DNA of 64,000 bases from Phycisphaerae bacterium (GTDB lineage: Bacteria > Planctomycetota > Phycisphaerae > UBA1845): assembly GCA_963666835.2 (NCBI GenBank), contig CAXXGO010000003.1, forward strand, positions 608,001 to 672,000, given 5' to 3'. Both the position numbers and the translations under genes were made by a program. The notes below the pieces were generated by a model, which worked only from the letters and a program-made list of their open reading frames with translations, was not told where the DNA came from and did not search any database. Shown here piece by piece: positions 19,718 to 28,785 of the stretch (its first letter is position 1; every line of letters starts with the position of its first letter).

Positions 19718-19945
19718 ATCGCGAGGAATTACGTAAGTTCCGCTTTTGCAAACCTTTACGGGTAAGAGCAGCTGACTTGGCAGTGATGCGACGGCTCGCC
19801 CCCGGATCATCAAGATACCGGATTATGCTTGCCAAAGAGCATTCGCCGGGTACTCTAATGCGGTAAATCACGACGGACGGGGAAGCAGGCGCGCGATTGC
19901 GCGGTGGGCGCGGGTGATGTTCGGCAACTTGATTGACCTTAACTG

Positions 19946-21061
19946 ATGAGTACCAAACCAACAGCGGCACTCGGCGGCGCGGAGATGGCCAATTCGGGCG
20001 AGTTTCTTGAGTTCGAGAAGCCGCTTCTGCGTATCCAACACGACATCCAAGAGCTCGAGCGGGAACAACAGGAGACCGATTGCGATCTGGGTAGTGACAT
20101 CAAACAGCAGCGGTTACGTCTGACGGCTACCACGAAACGTCTCTATACCAACCTGACTCCGTGGGAGACCGTGCTTGTTGCCCGCCATCCGAAACGGCCC
20201 TTGTCGACCGACTATTTGAAGATGATCTTCCGGGATTTCTGCGAGCTTCACGGAGATCGGTCCTTCGGCGACGACAAGGCGATCATCTCCGGGTTTGCGC
20301 GGGTCGGGCGGCATAAGGTGATGTTCATCGGCCACAACAAAGGCAAGGACGTCAAGGAACGGATTGCCTGCAACTTCGGGTGCGCTCATCCGGAAGGATA
20401 TCGCAAGAGCCTGCTGAAGATGCGTCTGGCCGAGAAATACGGACTGCCGATCGTCTGCCTGATCGATACACAGGGTGCCTATCCCGGGATCGGATCGGAA
20501 GAGCGCGGCATAGCCCAGGCTATCGCGGTCAATCTCATGGAGATGTCGCGTCTACGCACGCCGATCGTGTGCGCGGTAATCGGCGAGGGAGGAAGCGGCG
20601 GCGCCCTCGGGCTCGGAGTGGGCGACCGGGTGGCGATGCTGCAGCACGCGTTCTACTCGGTCATCTCTCCAGAGGGTTGCGCGGCGATTCTCTGGAAGAC
20701 CGCGGATCAGCGCAAGCATGCGGCCGAAGCCCTCAAACTGACGGCGCGTGAGCTGCGCAAGTTGGACATTATCGATGAAATCATCGCGGAGCCGGTCGGC
20801 GGAGCGCACCGCAATCCGGAGGACGCCGCTAAGAACCTCGAAACGTACTTGACGACGGCGATATCCGAACTCAAGCGACTTTCCCTTACCAAGCTGCTGC
20901 AGAAACGGCAGGAGCGTATTCGCAGGTTGGGCAGTTTCTACGAAGAGACCGAGCCGGACAGGGCAAAGAAGGCACAGCCGAAGACGAAAGCCCGGCGAAC
21001 GACGGCCCGATCATCGCGGCTGACCAAGACCCCGCCGCGCGCTGACAAACTTACCGCCTGA
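19946..21061 (+). CDS. accA: Acetyl-CoA carboxylase carboxyltransferase alpha subunit
   Basis: LEFEKP, ARHPKRP, ELHGDRSFGDD, PEGYRK, IGEGGSGGALG, YSVISPEGCAAILW, EPVGGAHR. Confidence 0.97.
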   Translation: MSTKPTAALGGAEMANSGEFLEFEKPLLRIQHDIQELEREQQETDCDLGSDIKQQRLRLTATTKRLYTNLTPWETVLVARHPKRPLSTDYLKMIFRDFCELHGDRSFGDDKAIISGFARVGRHKVMFIGHNKGKDVKERIACNFGCAHPEGYRKSLLKMRLAEKYGLPIVCLIDTQGAYPGIGSEERGIAQAIAVNLMEMSRLRTPIVCAVIGEGGSGGALGLGVGDRVAMLQHAFYSVISPEGCAAILWKTADQRKHAAEALKLTARELRKLDIIDEIIAEPVGGAHRNPEDAAKNLETYLTTAISELKRLSLTKLLQKRQERIRRLGSFYEETEPDRAKKAQPKTKARRTTARSSRLTKTPPRADKLTA

Positions 21062-21080
21062 ACCGTGAGCGATCGTTTCT

Positions 21081-21842
21081 TTGGTCGCGGTTCGGTATAC
21101 TGCCCGACGGCAGCGTCTTTGCCGGCCGGCATATGCCCCTACCCCTGGAGAGCTGCGTGACCCCGACCGTTCAACAGTCATGATAGTGTCACTAGCTACG
21201 TCGCGGGAAGGACGAGAGATCGTAGCGTATGTCCGCCGCGGTCCAGCCGGAAACACCACCTTGATTCTCGGCGGAGTCCACGGCGATGAGCCCAAGGGCG
21301 TGCGGATTGCGCTGCAGTTGATCGAGCTGCTTGGTGGGGATCGAAAGCAGGCTCGCGGCACACGTTGGGTCGTCATCCCAATCGTAAACCCCGACGGTTA
21401 TAACCGCCGCAAAAGGCGCAACGCCCGCCGCGTGGATCTTAACCGCAATTTCCCAACCGCAAACTGGGAACGTACTTCACCGCGCAGTCGGATGTACGGG
21501 GGGGACGCCCCGGCCAGCGAGCCCGAAACGCAAGCGATAATCACCACAATCAAGCGGTATCGCCCTGCCCGCGTCATCACCATCCACTCGATTGGCGAAC
21601 GGCGCTATTGCAACAACTTCGACGGGCCGGCCCTCGACTTGGCACTGCGGATGCAGCGGTACAATGACTATCCAGTGGTCCCGTCGATCGGGTATCCGAC
21701 TCCGGGAAGCCTGGGCACCTGGGCCGGACGCGAACGGCAGATTCCCACCGTCACGCTCGAGCTGCCATCCCACCACTCCCCGAGACGATGCTGGGAAGAC
21801 AACCGCGCCGCCTTACTTGCGACCGGTTCGCCCGAAGCGTGA
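21081..21842 (+). CDS. M14 zinc carboxypeptidase, murein peptide amidase A (MpaA)-like
   Basis: GGVHGDE, NPDG, NARRVDLNRNFP, SEPETQA, TIHS, GYPTPGSLGTW, TLELP; start may be ATG 21180. Confidence 0.85.
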   Translation: MVAVRYTARRQRLCRPAYAPTPGELRDPDRSTVMIVSLATSREGREIVAYVRRGPAGNTTLILGGVHGDEPKGVRIALQLIELLGGDRKQARGTRWVVIPIVNPDGYNRRKRRNARRVDLNRNFPTANWERTSPRSRMYGGDAPASEPETQAIITTIKRYRPARVITIHSIGERRYCNNFDGPALDLALRMQRYNDYPVVPSIGYPTPGSLGTWAGRERQIPTVTLELPSHHSPRRCWEDNRAALLATGSPEA

Positions 21843-21881
21843 CGTCTCGGCCATCGTGCCACCAACGAGACCCTCACAGAC

Positions 21882-23720
21882 TCAATCCGCCGGCACGGCT
21901 TCGGCCAGCTCCGTCCGCATTCGCTGCCAACGAACTAACACCAAGAATACAATCCCTACAGTCATCAGCAGCACGAGAAGCTCGGCGATTACCAGCGGGG
22001 CCTTTTCCGCAACGCTGGGCAGATCCTGGACAACTAGCCGGATCAACGCCCAAGTCGCCGTAACCAGCATCAGCAGCGCCGGAATCAGGGTGTATCCTAC
22101 CGGACGACGGTAGCGATACAGCCAACAACTGCCAATCAGCAAGGCCAACGCCGCCAGCAACTGATTCGACGAACCGAACACCTTCCAAAGCACTTTGTAT
22201 CCACTGCCCCAGCCGAAGGCGAGCATCAACGCGACGGCAATCCCGGAGTTGACCCAGTAGTGCTTAAGAACCCCCAACAGGACGCGGCCCACTCCGCTCG
22301 TGCGAATCGCCGAACTCGGCTCGCCCGCCGGCCCAGCATCACCGGAAACGAAAACGTCGTAGCGACCGAAGAACGTGGCCCAGCCCTCCTCGATCATGTA
22401 GCGCGTCAGCCGGATCGCCGTATCAAGCGTCGTTACCAGGAAACCCTCCAACAACAACATTGCTCCGAGAGCCCCGGCCGCGATCGGCAACCCGAGACCG
22501 ATATTCGCCGTGTGCCCGACCGCCATCGCAAACGTCAGAACCGCATTCGCTTTAGCGCCCTGTGGGTGGCAGTACTGCACATAGTCGATGGACGTCAGCC
22601 CCACAACCAGGCAAATCACTACACACACGGCCAGGAAACTCTCCAATACCATTCCGTAATAGCCGACGCGTCGCGTGGCCGGCTCGTTGTCGAGCTGCTT
22701 GGCGGTGGTCCCCCCTGCGCACAATCCGTGGAAACCGCTAACCGCCCCGCAGGCGATGATCACGAACATCACCGGCCAGCCCGGTCCCAGCTTCGCGGAG
22801 GCTTCACCCCAGTTATTGAACGGAATGCCCTCGCCCGACCCCACATGACCACCGCCGCGCAGGGCCGCCGCCACGATGGCGACCACGAGAAACACGATGC
22901 CGAGGTATAGCACGTGAACGTTGATAAAATCCCGGCTCTGCAAAAAGAGCCACACGGGCAAGCCGGCGGAAACCAGCACGTACCCGCTTATCATCAGCTT
23001 CCACGTGCTCGGCTCGACCGCCATGGGTACCTTCAGCCCAACGGCGATCGACACCACGCAAATGGCAATCGCCAGCAGCGAACAAATCCAAACCGGTGTC
23101 TTGCGTTTCAGATACATGAACCCGATCAGCGGCGAACAAGCGGTAATCACCACGACCGACGTGGAGGCGATACCACCGATCACGGCCTTACCGTCCACGA
23201 TCCGAAAGAGCGTCTGCTCAGGGTCCATCTGGAGCACGTCCAGCGAGACCATTGACGTTAGAGCCTTCGCCGACAGATCCAGAAACGCCGCGCACACGAG
23301 CGTCAGCAGAAGCACGAGTAGAACCAACAACATCACAAATGCCCCCGGCCCGATGTAGCGCCGGGCGATCACCGTCAGGTTCTTGCCACCTTCGCGCACG
23401 GAGATGTACGTACACACATAGTCATGCACCGCCCCCAGGAAGATTCCGCCGAGGATGATCCAAACCAGCGCCGGGCCCCAACCGTAGAGCAACGCAATCA
23501 CCGGACCGACAATCGGACCCGCCCCGGCAATCGACGCGTAATGATGGGCGAAGACCACCGGAGTCCGAGTCGGAACGTAATCGCGACCATCGTTAACCGC
23601 CACGGCCGGGGTGACCCGATCCGCCCGCTCACCGAGTACGCGGGCGATATGCGGAGCGTAGAACCGAATGCCCAACCCCAACGCGACGGCCGCAGTAGCC
23701 AGAATCGCCAGTACGATCAT
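21882..23720 (-). CDS. cstA: Carbon starvation protein A (peptide/pyruvate transporter)
   Basis: TPAVAVNDGRDYVPT, HHYASIAGAGPIVGP, GAVHD, IACGAVSGFH, GYYGMVLES, TTLDTAIRLTRY, FGSSNQLLA. Confidence 0.94.
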   Translation of the reverse strand: MIVLAILATAAVALGLGIRFYAPHIARVLGERADRVTPAVAVNDGRDYVPTRTPVVFAHHYASIAGAGPIVGPVIALLYGWGPALVWIILGGIFLGAVHDYVCTYISVREGGKNLTVIARRYIGPGAFVMLLVLLVLLLTLVCAAFLDLSAKALTSMVSLDVLQMDPEQTLFRIVDGKAVIGGIASTSVVVITACSPLIGFMYLKRKTPVWICSLLAIAICVVSIAVGLKVPMAVEPSTWKLMISGYVLVSAGLPVWLFLQSRDFINVHVLYLGIVFLVVAIVAAALRGGGHVGSGEGIPFNNWGEASAKLGPGWPVMFVIIACGAVSGFHGLCAGGTTAKQLDNEPATRRVGYYGMVLESFLAVCVVICLVVGLTSIDYVQYCHPQGAKANAVLTFAMAVGHTANIGLGLPIAAGALGAMLLLEGFLVTTLDTAIRLTRYMIEEGWATFFGRYDVFVSGDAGPAGEPSSAIRTSGVGRVLLGVLKHYWVNSGIAVALMLAFGWGSGYKVLWKVFGSSNQLLAALALLIGSCWLYRYRRPVGYTLIPALLMLVTATWALIRLVVQDLPSVAEKAPLVIAELLVLLMTVGIVFLVLVRWQRMRTELAEAVPAD

Positions 23721-23893
23721 GCCAGTCCTCCTAACAAGCTATGAAATCGACCCAAGTGCGACGATTGGCCGCCACAGTCCTTCAACGGTGCGTCCGCAGT
23801 CCGCCGCAACAGGGCACCGGCCCCTCGCTGTCGGTTTCCCTTTATACCGCGCTAGCGATTGGCGCAGAGCCAGTCTCCTTCCTCGCCGAAACC

Positions 23894-24766
23894 CTAGAGC
23901 CCGCGGTGCCACTCTGCTCTAATCGGGGCGTCACCGGCGAGAGTCGCGTCGATCTGCTCCAGAATCGCCTCGCGATCGCGCGGAAGGCGCCCTCCGATCG
24001 GGAGGTAGTTCGACGCGTGGTTGGACCGGAAGATCGCCTGGCTGGGGTTCGACTCCGCCACAATCACCCGCAGCTCTCGCAGAAGAGCATCAACACCGGG
24101 CAACTCGAACCCGGCCCTCTTCGTCAGCCGCTCCATCGGCGTACCCGGAACGATCATCAATGTCAAAGCGGACAGGTACTCAGGGTCCATCGCAGTAGCC
24201 AAACGGGCGGACGCGGCAGCGTGCTCAACAGTGCGTTCAGCGCCACCGGCGCCAAGCAGGAAGATCAGCGACTGTTTCATCCCAGCGGCACGAGCCTTGG
24301 CGGCCGCCTCTATATGCTCGGCCGAATTCGCCCCTTTGGCAATACGCTTCAACGTCACGTCGTCGCCGGATTCCGGACCGATATAGAGCAGCTTGAGCCC
24401 CGCGGCATGCAACCGCTCCAGCTCTGTCTGAGGTTTTTCGAGGAGGTTCCGGGCGGTCGCGTAGCAGCTTACGCGTCGTAGCTTCGGAAAGGTGCCGGAA
24501 AGGGATTCGAGAATCGGCTCCCACAAGTCCAGGCCCATCACCAACGCATCGCCGTCCAGAACAAACACCTTGCGAACCTCATCGCCGAAGGCCCAGCCGG
24601 CATTGGCAATGTCCTCCAGAATCTCGGAGAGCGGACGGACCCGGAACTGCTTATCACGGTACATCGCACAGTACGTGCAGCAGTTCCACGAGCAACCGAC
24701 GGTGGCCTGAAGAAGGAACGAACCGGCTTCACTGGGCGGACGATAGACAGGTTCTACGTAACGCAT
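23894..24766 (-). CDS. Radical SAM protein
   Basis: YRPPSEAGS...GCSWNCCTYCAMY cluster motif, VFVLDGDAL, YIGPESG, FRSNHASNYL. Confidence 0.9.
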   Translation of the reverse strand: MRYVEPVYRPPSEAGSFLLQATVGCSWNCCTYCAMYRDKQFRVRPLSEILEDIANAGWAFGDEVRKVFVLDGDALVMGLDLWEPILESLSGTFPKLRRVSCYATARNLLEKPQTELERLHAAGLKLLYIGPESGDDVTLKRIAKGANSAEHIEAAAKARAAGMKQSLIFLLGAGGAERTVEHAAASARLATAMDPEYLSALTLMIVPGTPMERLTKRAGFELPGVDALLRELRVIVAESNPSQAIFRSNHASNYLPIGGRLPRDREAILEQIDATLAGDAPIRAEWHRGL

Positions 24767-24909
24767 ATCGTCACCGTCTATCCAACGGCTTATCCCTTAG
24801 AGAGCCGCCGCTTGGCTAGACTGTCTGACGAACTCCGCGACACCGACGCCCGTCTCGGACTATCATGCCTCTATCTGGTGCCGCTTCCACGAAGATCGTT
24901 CGGGGTTCT

Positions 24910-24994
24910 CCCCCCCCTTACCAAGGGGGGATAAAGGGGGGGCGTTGCGGCCCCCAAGAACCTCCCCCGCCCCCTCCTTGGCAAGGAGGGGAGG
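24910..24994. repeat. Bipartite REP-like palindromic element
   Basis: Two related hairpins CCCCCCTT-ACC-AAGGGGGG (24912-24930) and CCCCTCCTT-GGC-AAGGAGGGG (24971-24991), with G-rich and C-rich inner arms. Confidence 0.65.
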
Positions 24995-25029
24995 AAGAAG
25001 GGCGACCACCTTCCTGGAAACGGCACCCG

Positions 25030-25425
25030 TCACTCCGCCTGGTGGCGGGCAAGGATGCGTGAGACCAACGCGGCAGCGTCAGGCTCGTCCGCCAGCAGCG
25101 ACAGAGCCTCGCTGTATTGCTCGGCCAGAGCCTTCCGATCGGCTTTCATCCGGGGTAGCACGTCCGTAAGATCCTGATAGTGCAGGTCCGTCGAGAGGAT
25201 ATTCACCACCGGGCGTGGGTCCGGCGCGCCACCGAGTTCAACGAGCAACCCGGTGAGCCACTCCACGTGTTCTCGGCTCTCCGCCGCGATACGTTCTAGT
25301 GCCGACAACTCGGCACTGGCCGCGGGAGGCACAAAAAGCCGCGATCCCAGAAAACGCCCCGCGGACAGACGCTGCTCACAACTCAGCAGCCGATTCAATA
25401 CCTCGACGACGGTAGGTTTGCCCAT
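25030..25425 (-). CDS. Ferritin-like four-helix bundle protein
   Basis: LNRLLSCE...IAAESREHVEWLTGLLVELGGAP (ExxH)...ILARH; TGATG overlap with nuoN. Confidence 0.65.
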   Translation of the reverse strand: MGKPTVVEVLNRLLSCEQRLSAGRFLGSRLFVPPAASAELSALERIAAESREHVEWLTGLLVELGGAPDPRPVVNILSTDLHYQDLTDVLPRMKADRKALAEQYSEALSLLADEPDAAALVSRILARHQAE

Positions 25426-27053
25426 CAGTGTACCTCTTCCACCGGGGTTGCCGGAGGCGCCTCAAACGTCACCTGGGCAACCGGCAAACGGAGCAAGTGC
25501 TGTGAGAACCGGTCGGTCATGTCCTTCAAGGGCGCGGCCCAGAACAATAACACCAGCAGCGCCACCGCACACACGTTGACCAGTACTAGTCCCCCAACCG
25601 GCGCTCGCAGCACCGGCTCGCGCTCGTCACGCAAGGTCATCTGCACGACGACCCGCATGTAGAAGTACAGGCTAATCAGCGTGTTCACGGCCAGGACCAC
25701 AATCAGGAACCAACCCAGAGTGCTGTCCAGCGACCCCAGCGCAACCAGAATCCACCACTTCCCGATGAACCCGGCAAAGGGCGGCAGCCCCACCAGCGAC
25801 ACCAGGCAGATGATCATCGGAATAGCCAGCCCCGGAGCCCGGCGCATCAAACCGCTAAAGGACGCCAGCTTGTCACTCCCGGTTTCCCACTCGACCAACG
25901 CGGTGATGCCGAACGCCCCGAGATTCATGAACATGTAGATGACGACGTAGGCCAGCAAAGCCGTAACCCCAAGATGGGTTCCCGGCACGTCCGGATGCAC
26001 GAACACGGCCACCGCCATCAGCATGTACCCGGCGTGGGCGATTGACGAGAACGCCAGCAGTCGCTTCACGCTCGTCTGCCGGTACGCCGAGAAGTTGCCG
26101 ACCGTACACGTGACCGTGGCGATAATCCCAATCGTCCAAGCCAACGGAGACAGCACGCTCATCGCCTGCGGGCCCGTGACCGCCGAGCAGAACACCAGCG
26201 CCAAGCGGGTGAGCAGCACCAGACCCGCCGCCTTACTGACCACGCTCAGCCAGGTCGTCACTTCCGTTCTGGCACCCTCGAAAGCATCCGGACACCAGAA
26301 GTGGAACGGCACGGCCGATATTTTGAACGCGATCCCGATGAAAAAGCAGATCAACCCGAGAACCAACACCAGACTCGGCCCGCCGGCGGAAAGCTGCCCC
26401 ACCGTGTAAGCCGCAATCGTCGACACATTCAGGCTTCCGACCACCCCGTACAGCAGACTCATTCCGTAGAGCATGGTCGCCGCGCACATCGCCCCGAAAA
26501 CCACATACTTAAGCGAAGCTTCGGCCCCCACTTTCGAGCGCTTATCAAACCCGACAATCGCATAGCAGGGCAGCGACGCCGTCTCCATCGCCACCACGAT
26601 CATCAGCAGATTGCTCGTGCTGACCATAAGGGCCATACCCAAGGCACTGCCGATCAACAGAATGAAAAACTCGGGAGCGTTGCGCTCATTCTCCGCTCGA
26701 CCGATCCACCACAGCCAAGTCACCCCGGCCAAAAACGCGACGAGAATGAGCTGAAAACAAACCGAAAGGTTGTCCACTAACAGAAGACCCGCTCCCGGAT
26801 CGGTAGACAAACCACTTAACCCTCCGTCAGCCACCGCCCCGGCTGTGCGAAGGACCAATATCAGCGTTGCGATAATGCCCAGACAGGCCACCGCCCCGGT
26901 CACCCGAGCCCCGCGCCCGAAGATCATCGGGCACACCACGATAGCCAGCATCGTACACACCAGCGCCAGCATCGGAGAGAACAAGGATAACTGCTCGCCG
27001 ATCTGAATCTCGGCCCACGGACTTACTTGTGCCAGAAAATTCACGTTGCTCAC
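25425..27053 (-). CDS. nuoN: NADH-quinone oxidoreductase subunit N
   Basis: EASLKY, FKISAVPFHFWCPDAFEGA, KRLLAFSSIAHAGY, SLVGLPPFAGFIGK. Confidence 0.95.
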   Translation of the reverse strand: MSNVNFLAQVSPWAEIQIGEQLSLFSPMLALVCTMLAIVVCPMIFGRGARVTGAVACLGIIATLILVLRTAGAVADGGLSGLSTDPGAGLLLVDNLSVCFQLILVAFLAGVTWLWWIGRAENERNAPEFFILLIGSALGMALMVSTSNLLMIVVAMETASLPCYAIVGFDKRSKVGAEASLKYVVFGAMCAATMLYGMSLLYGVVGSLNVSTIAAYTVGQLSAGGPSLVLVLGLICFFIGIAFKISAVPFHFWCPDAFEGARTEVTTWLSVVSKAAGLVLLTRLALVFCSAVTGPQAMSVLSPLAWTIGIIATVTCTVGNFSAYRQTSVKRLLAFSSIAHAGYMLMAVAVFVHPDVPGTHLGVTALLAYVVIYMFMNLGAFGITALVEWETGSDKLASFSGLMRRAPGLAIPMIICLVSLVGLPPFAGFIGKWWILVALGSLDSTLGWFLIVVLAVNTLISLYFYMRVVVQMTLRDEREPVLRAPVGGLVLVNVCAVALLVLLFWAAPLKDMTDRFSQHLLRLPVAQVTFEAPPATPVEEVH

Positions 27054-27105
27054 GCCCTATCTCAGGGTTACGCCCCCCGCACTCGCGGTGGGGAGAGTTC
27101 TCGCC

Positions 27106-28758
27106 TTACGGGAACAGACCGATCACGTGCGTCACGTGGCTCAACACCAGATCCAAGGTACCGTTCGTGAAGTTGAACACGGTCTGCGAGGGAAGCACGC
27201 CCAACGCAATCGCCAGAACCGCCATCGGCACGAGAATCAACGTCTCGCGCCCGGTGGCGTCAGGATAATCGACATACTGCTCACGCTCGCGACCCAGGTA
27301 GACCCGGCGAATCAACCAGAGAATATAGCCCGCGGTCAACACGACACCGAACGCCGCAACAATCGCCACGGGATACGCCCAGGCGAACTTGCCCCCGGCT
27401 TGGAAGACGCCCAGCAGGACCCACACCTCACCGATGAACCCGCACAGCCCCGGCAGCCCCAGAGAGGCGAAGAACCCGATGGTCGCCATCGTGCCGTACT
27501 TCGGCATGGTGATCCACAGCCCGCCGAACCGATTGATCTCTCGATGGTGAGCCCGCTCGTAAATCACGCCGACTAAAAAGAAGCACATGGGTGAGCTAAT
27601 CCCGTGAGCGATCATCTGGAACATCGCCCCTTGGAATCCGGCCTCGGTCATCACGGCCAGGCCGAGCAATACGTAACCCATGTGCGAGACCGAGCTGTAC
27701 GCAACCAGCTTCTTGAAGTCCGTCTGCGCCATGGCGCAGAGGGCTCCATAGATAATGCTCACCACTCCGACAATCGCGAGGAAGAACGCCCAGAAATCGG
27801 CCCCGGTCGGGAATATCGGATAGCACAACCGCAGGAAGCCGTAACCACCCATCTTCAGCAGCACGCCCGCAAGGATCATACTGATGGGGGTCGGAGCCTC
27901 CACGTGGGCATCCGGTAACCACGTATGCACCGGCACACTGGGCAGTTTGATCGCAAACCCGATGAACAGGAACATGAACATCACCGGGGCGAACCGCAGG
28001 CCCAGGAATGTCGTGCTACTCGATGCGAAGTAGTTCTGAATCGTCGGGTTCGTCGCCAGTTCAATCAGGTCGAACGTGCCGTGTTGGACAACGAATCCTT
28101 CGGCCGCCCGATAGGCACTGGGCGCGCCGTCCGGACCGGCTGACTGAATCGCCGCGTCGCTGTAGAAGTACATGACCACCAGCGCCACGAGCATCAACAC
28201 CGAGCCGGCCAGCGTGAACAAGAAGAACTTGATCGCCGCGTACTCCCGCCGCGGACCGCCCCACACTCCGATGAGGAAGTACATCGGGAGCAGCATGACT
28301 TCCCAGAAGATGTAGAAGAGGAAGAAGTCGAGCGAAACGAACACGCCCAACATCCCCGTCTCCAACAAGAGAAACAGGACGAAGTAGCCCCGAATCCCCT
28401 TGGCGATCTTCCACGTCTCGAAGTTCCAGCTCGCCAGGCACGCCAGCAAGCCCACCAGCGTGGTCAGAATGACCAGCGGGAACCCGAGCCCGTCTATGCC
28501 GACGAAGTACTCGATTGCGAGCTTTTCGCTCGTAATCCAGGGCGTGCGGAAGACCTCTTGCAGCGTGCCGTAGCTGCTGCCGAAGACCGCCTCACTGTCC
28601 GCCGCCCCGCCGAAGAACGTGCGGAACAACAGCAGAGACACCAGGAACGTCGCCAGACAGGCCGCCACGGCCACCCCCCGCACGTACCTCTTAGGCACCA
28701 CCAGGCAGGCCAAGGCGCCGAGCGTCGGGAGAAACACGATCAATGTAAGAATGTTCAT
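27106..28758 (-). CDS. nuoM: NADH-quinone oxidoreductase subunit M
   Basis: FWEVMLLPMYFLIGVWG, AAIKFFLFT, HTWLPDAHVEAPT, LLKMGGYG, AYSSVSHMG. Confidence 0.96.
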   Translation of the reverse strand: MNILTLIVFLPTLGALACLVVPKRYVRGVAVAACLATFLVSLLLFRTFFGGAADSEAVFGSSYGTLQEVFRTPWITSEKLAIEYFVGIDGLGFPLVILTTLVGLLACLASWNFETWKIAKGIRGYFVLFLLLETGMLGVFVSLDFFLFYIFWEVMLLPMYFLIGVWGGPRREYAAIKFFLFTLAGSVLMLVALVVMYFYSDAAIQSAGPDGAPSAYRAAEGFVVQHGTFDLIELATNPTIQNYFASSSTTFLGLRFAPVMFMFLFIGFAIKLPSVPVHTWLPDAHVEAPTPISMILAGVLLKMGGYGFLRLCYPIFPTGADFWAFFLAIVGVVSIIYGALCAMAQTDFKKLVAYSSVSHMGYVLLGLAVMTEAGFQGAMFQMIAHGISSPMCFFLVGVIYERAHHREINRFGGLWITMPKYGTMATIGFFASLGLPGLCGFIGEVWVLLGVFQAGGKFAWAYPVAIVAAFGVVLTAGYILWLIRRVYLGREREQYVDYPDATGRETLILVPMAVLAIALGVLPSQTVFNFTNGTLDLVLSHVTHVIGLFP

Positions 28759-28785
28759 CGAACCGTCGTCTTCTTCCGGAAAAGC

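Noticed and set aside
19732..19760. CGTAA-N19-TTACG palindrome upstream of accA
   Set aside because: Only the outer 5-6 bp pair and I saw a single instance; too weak to call a site
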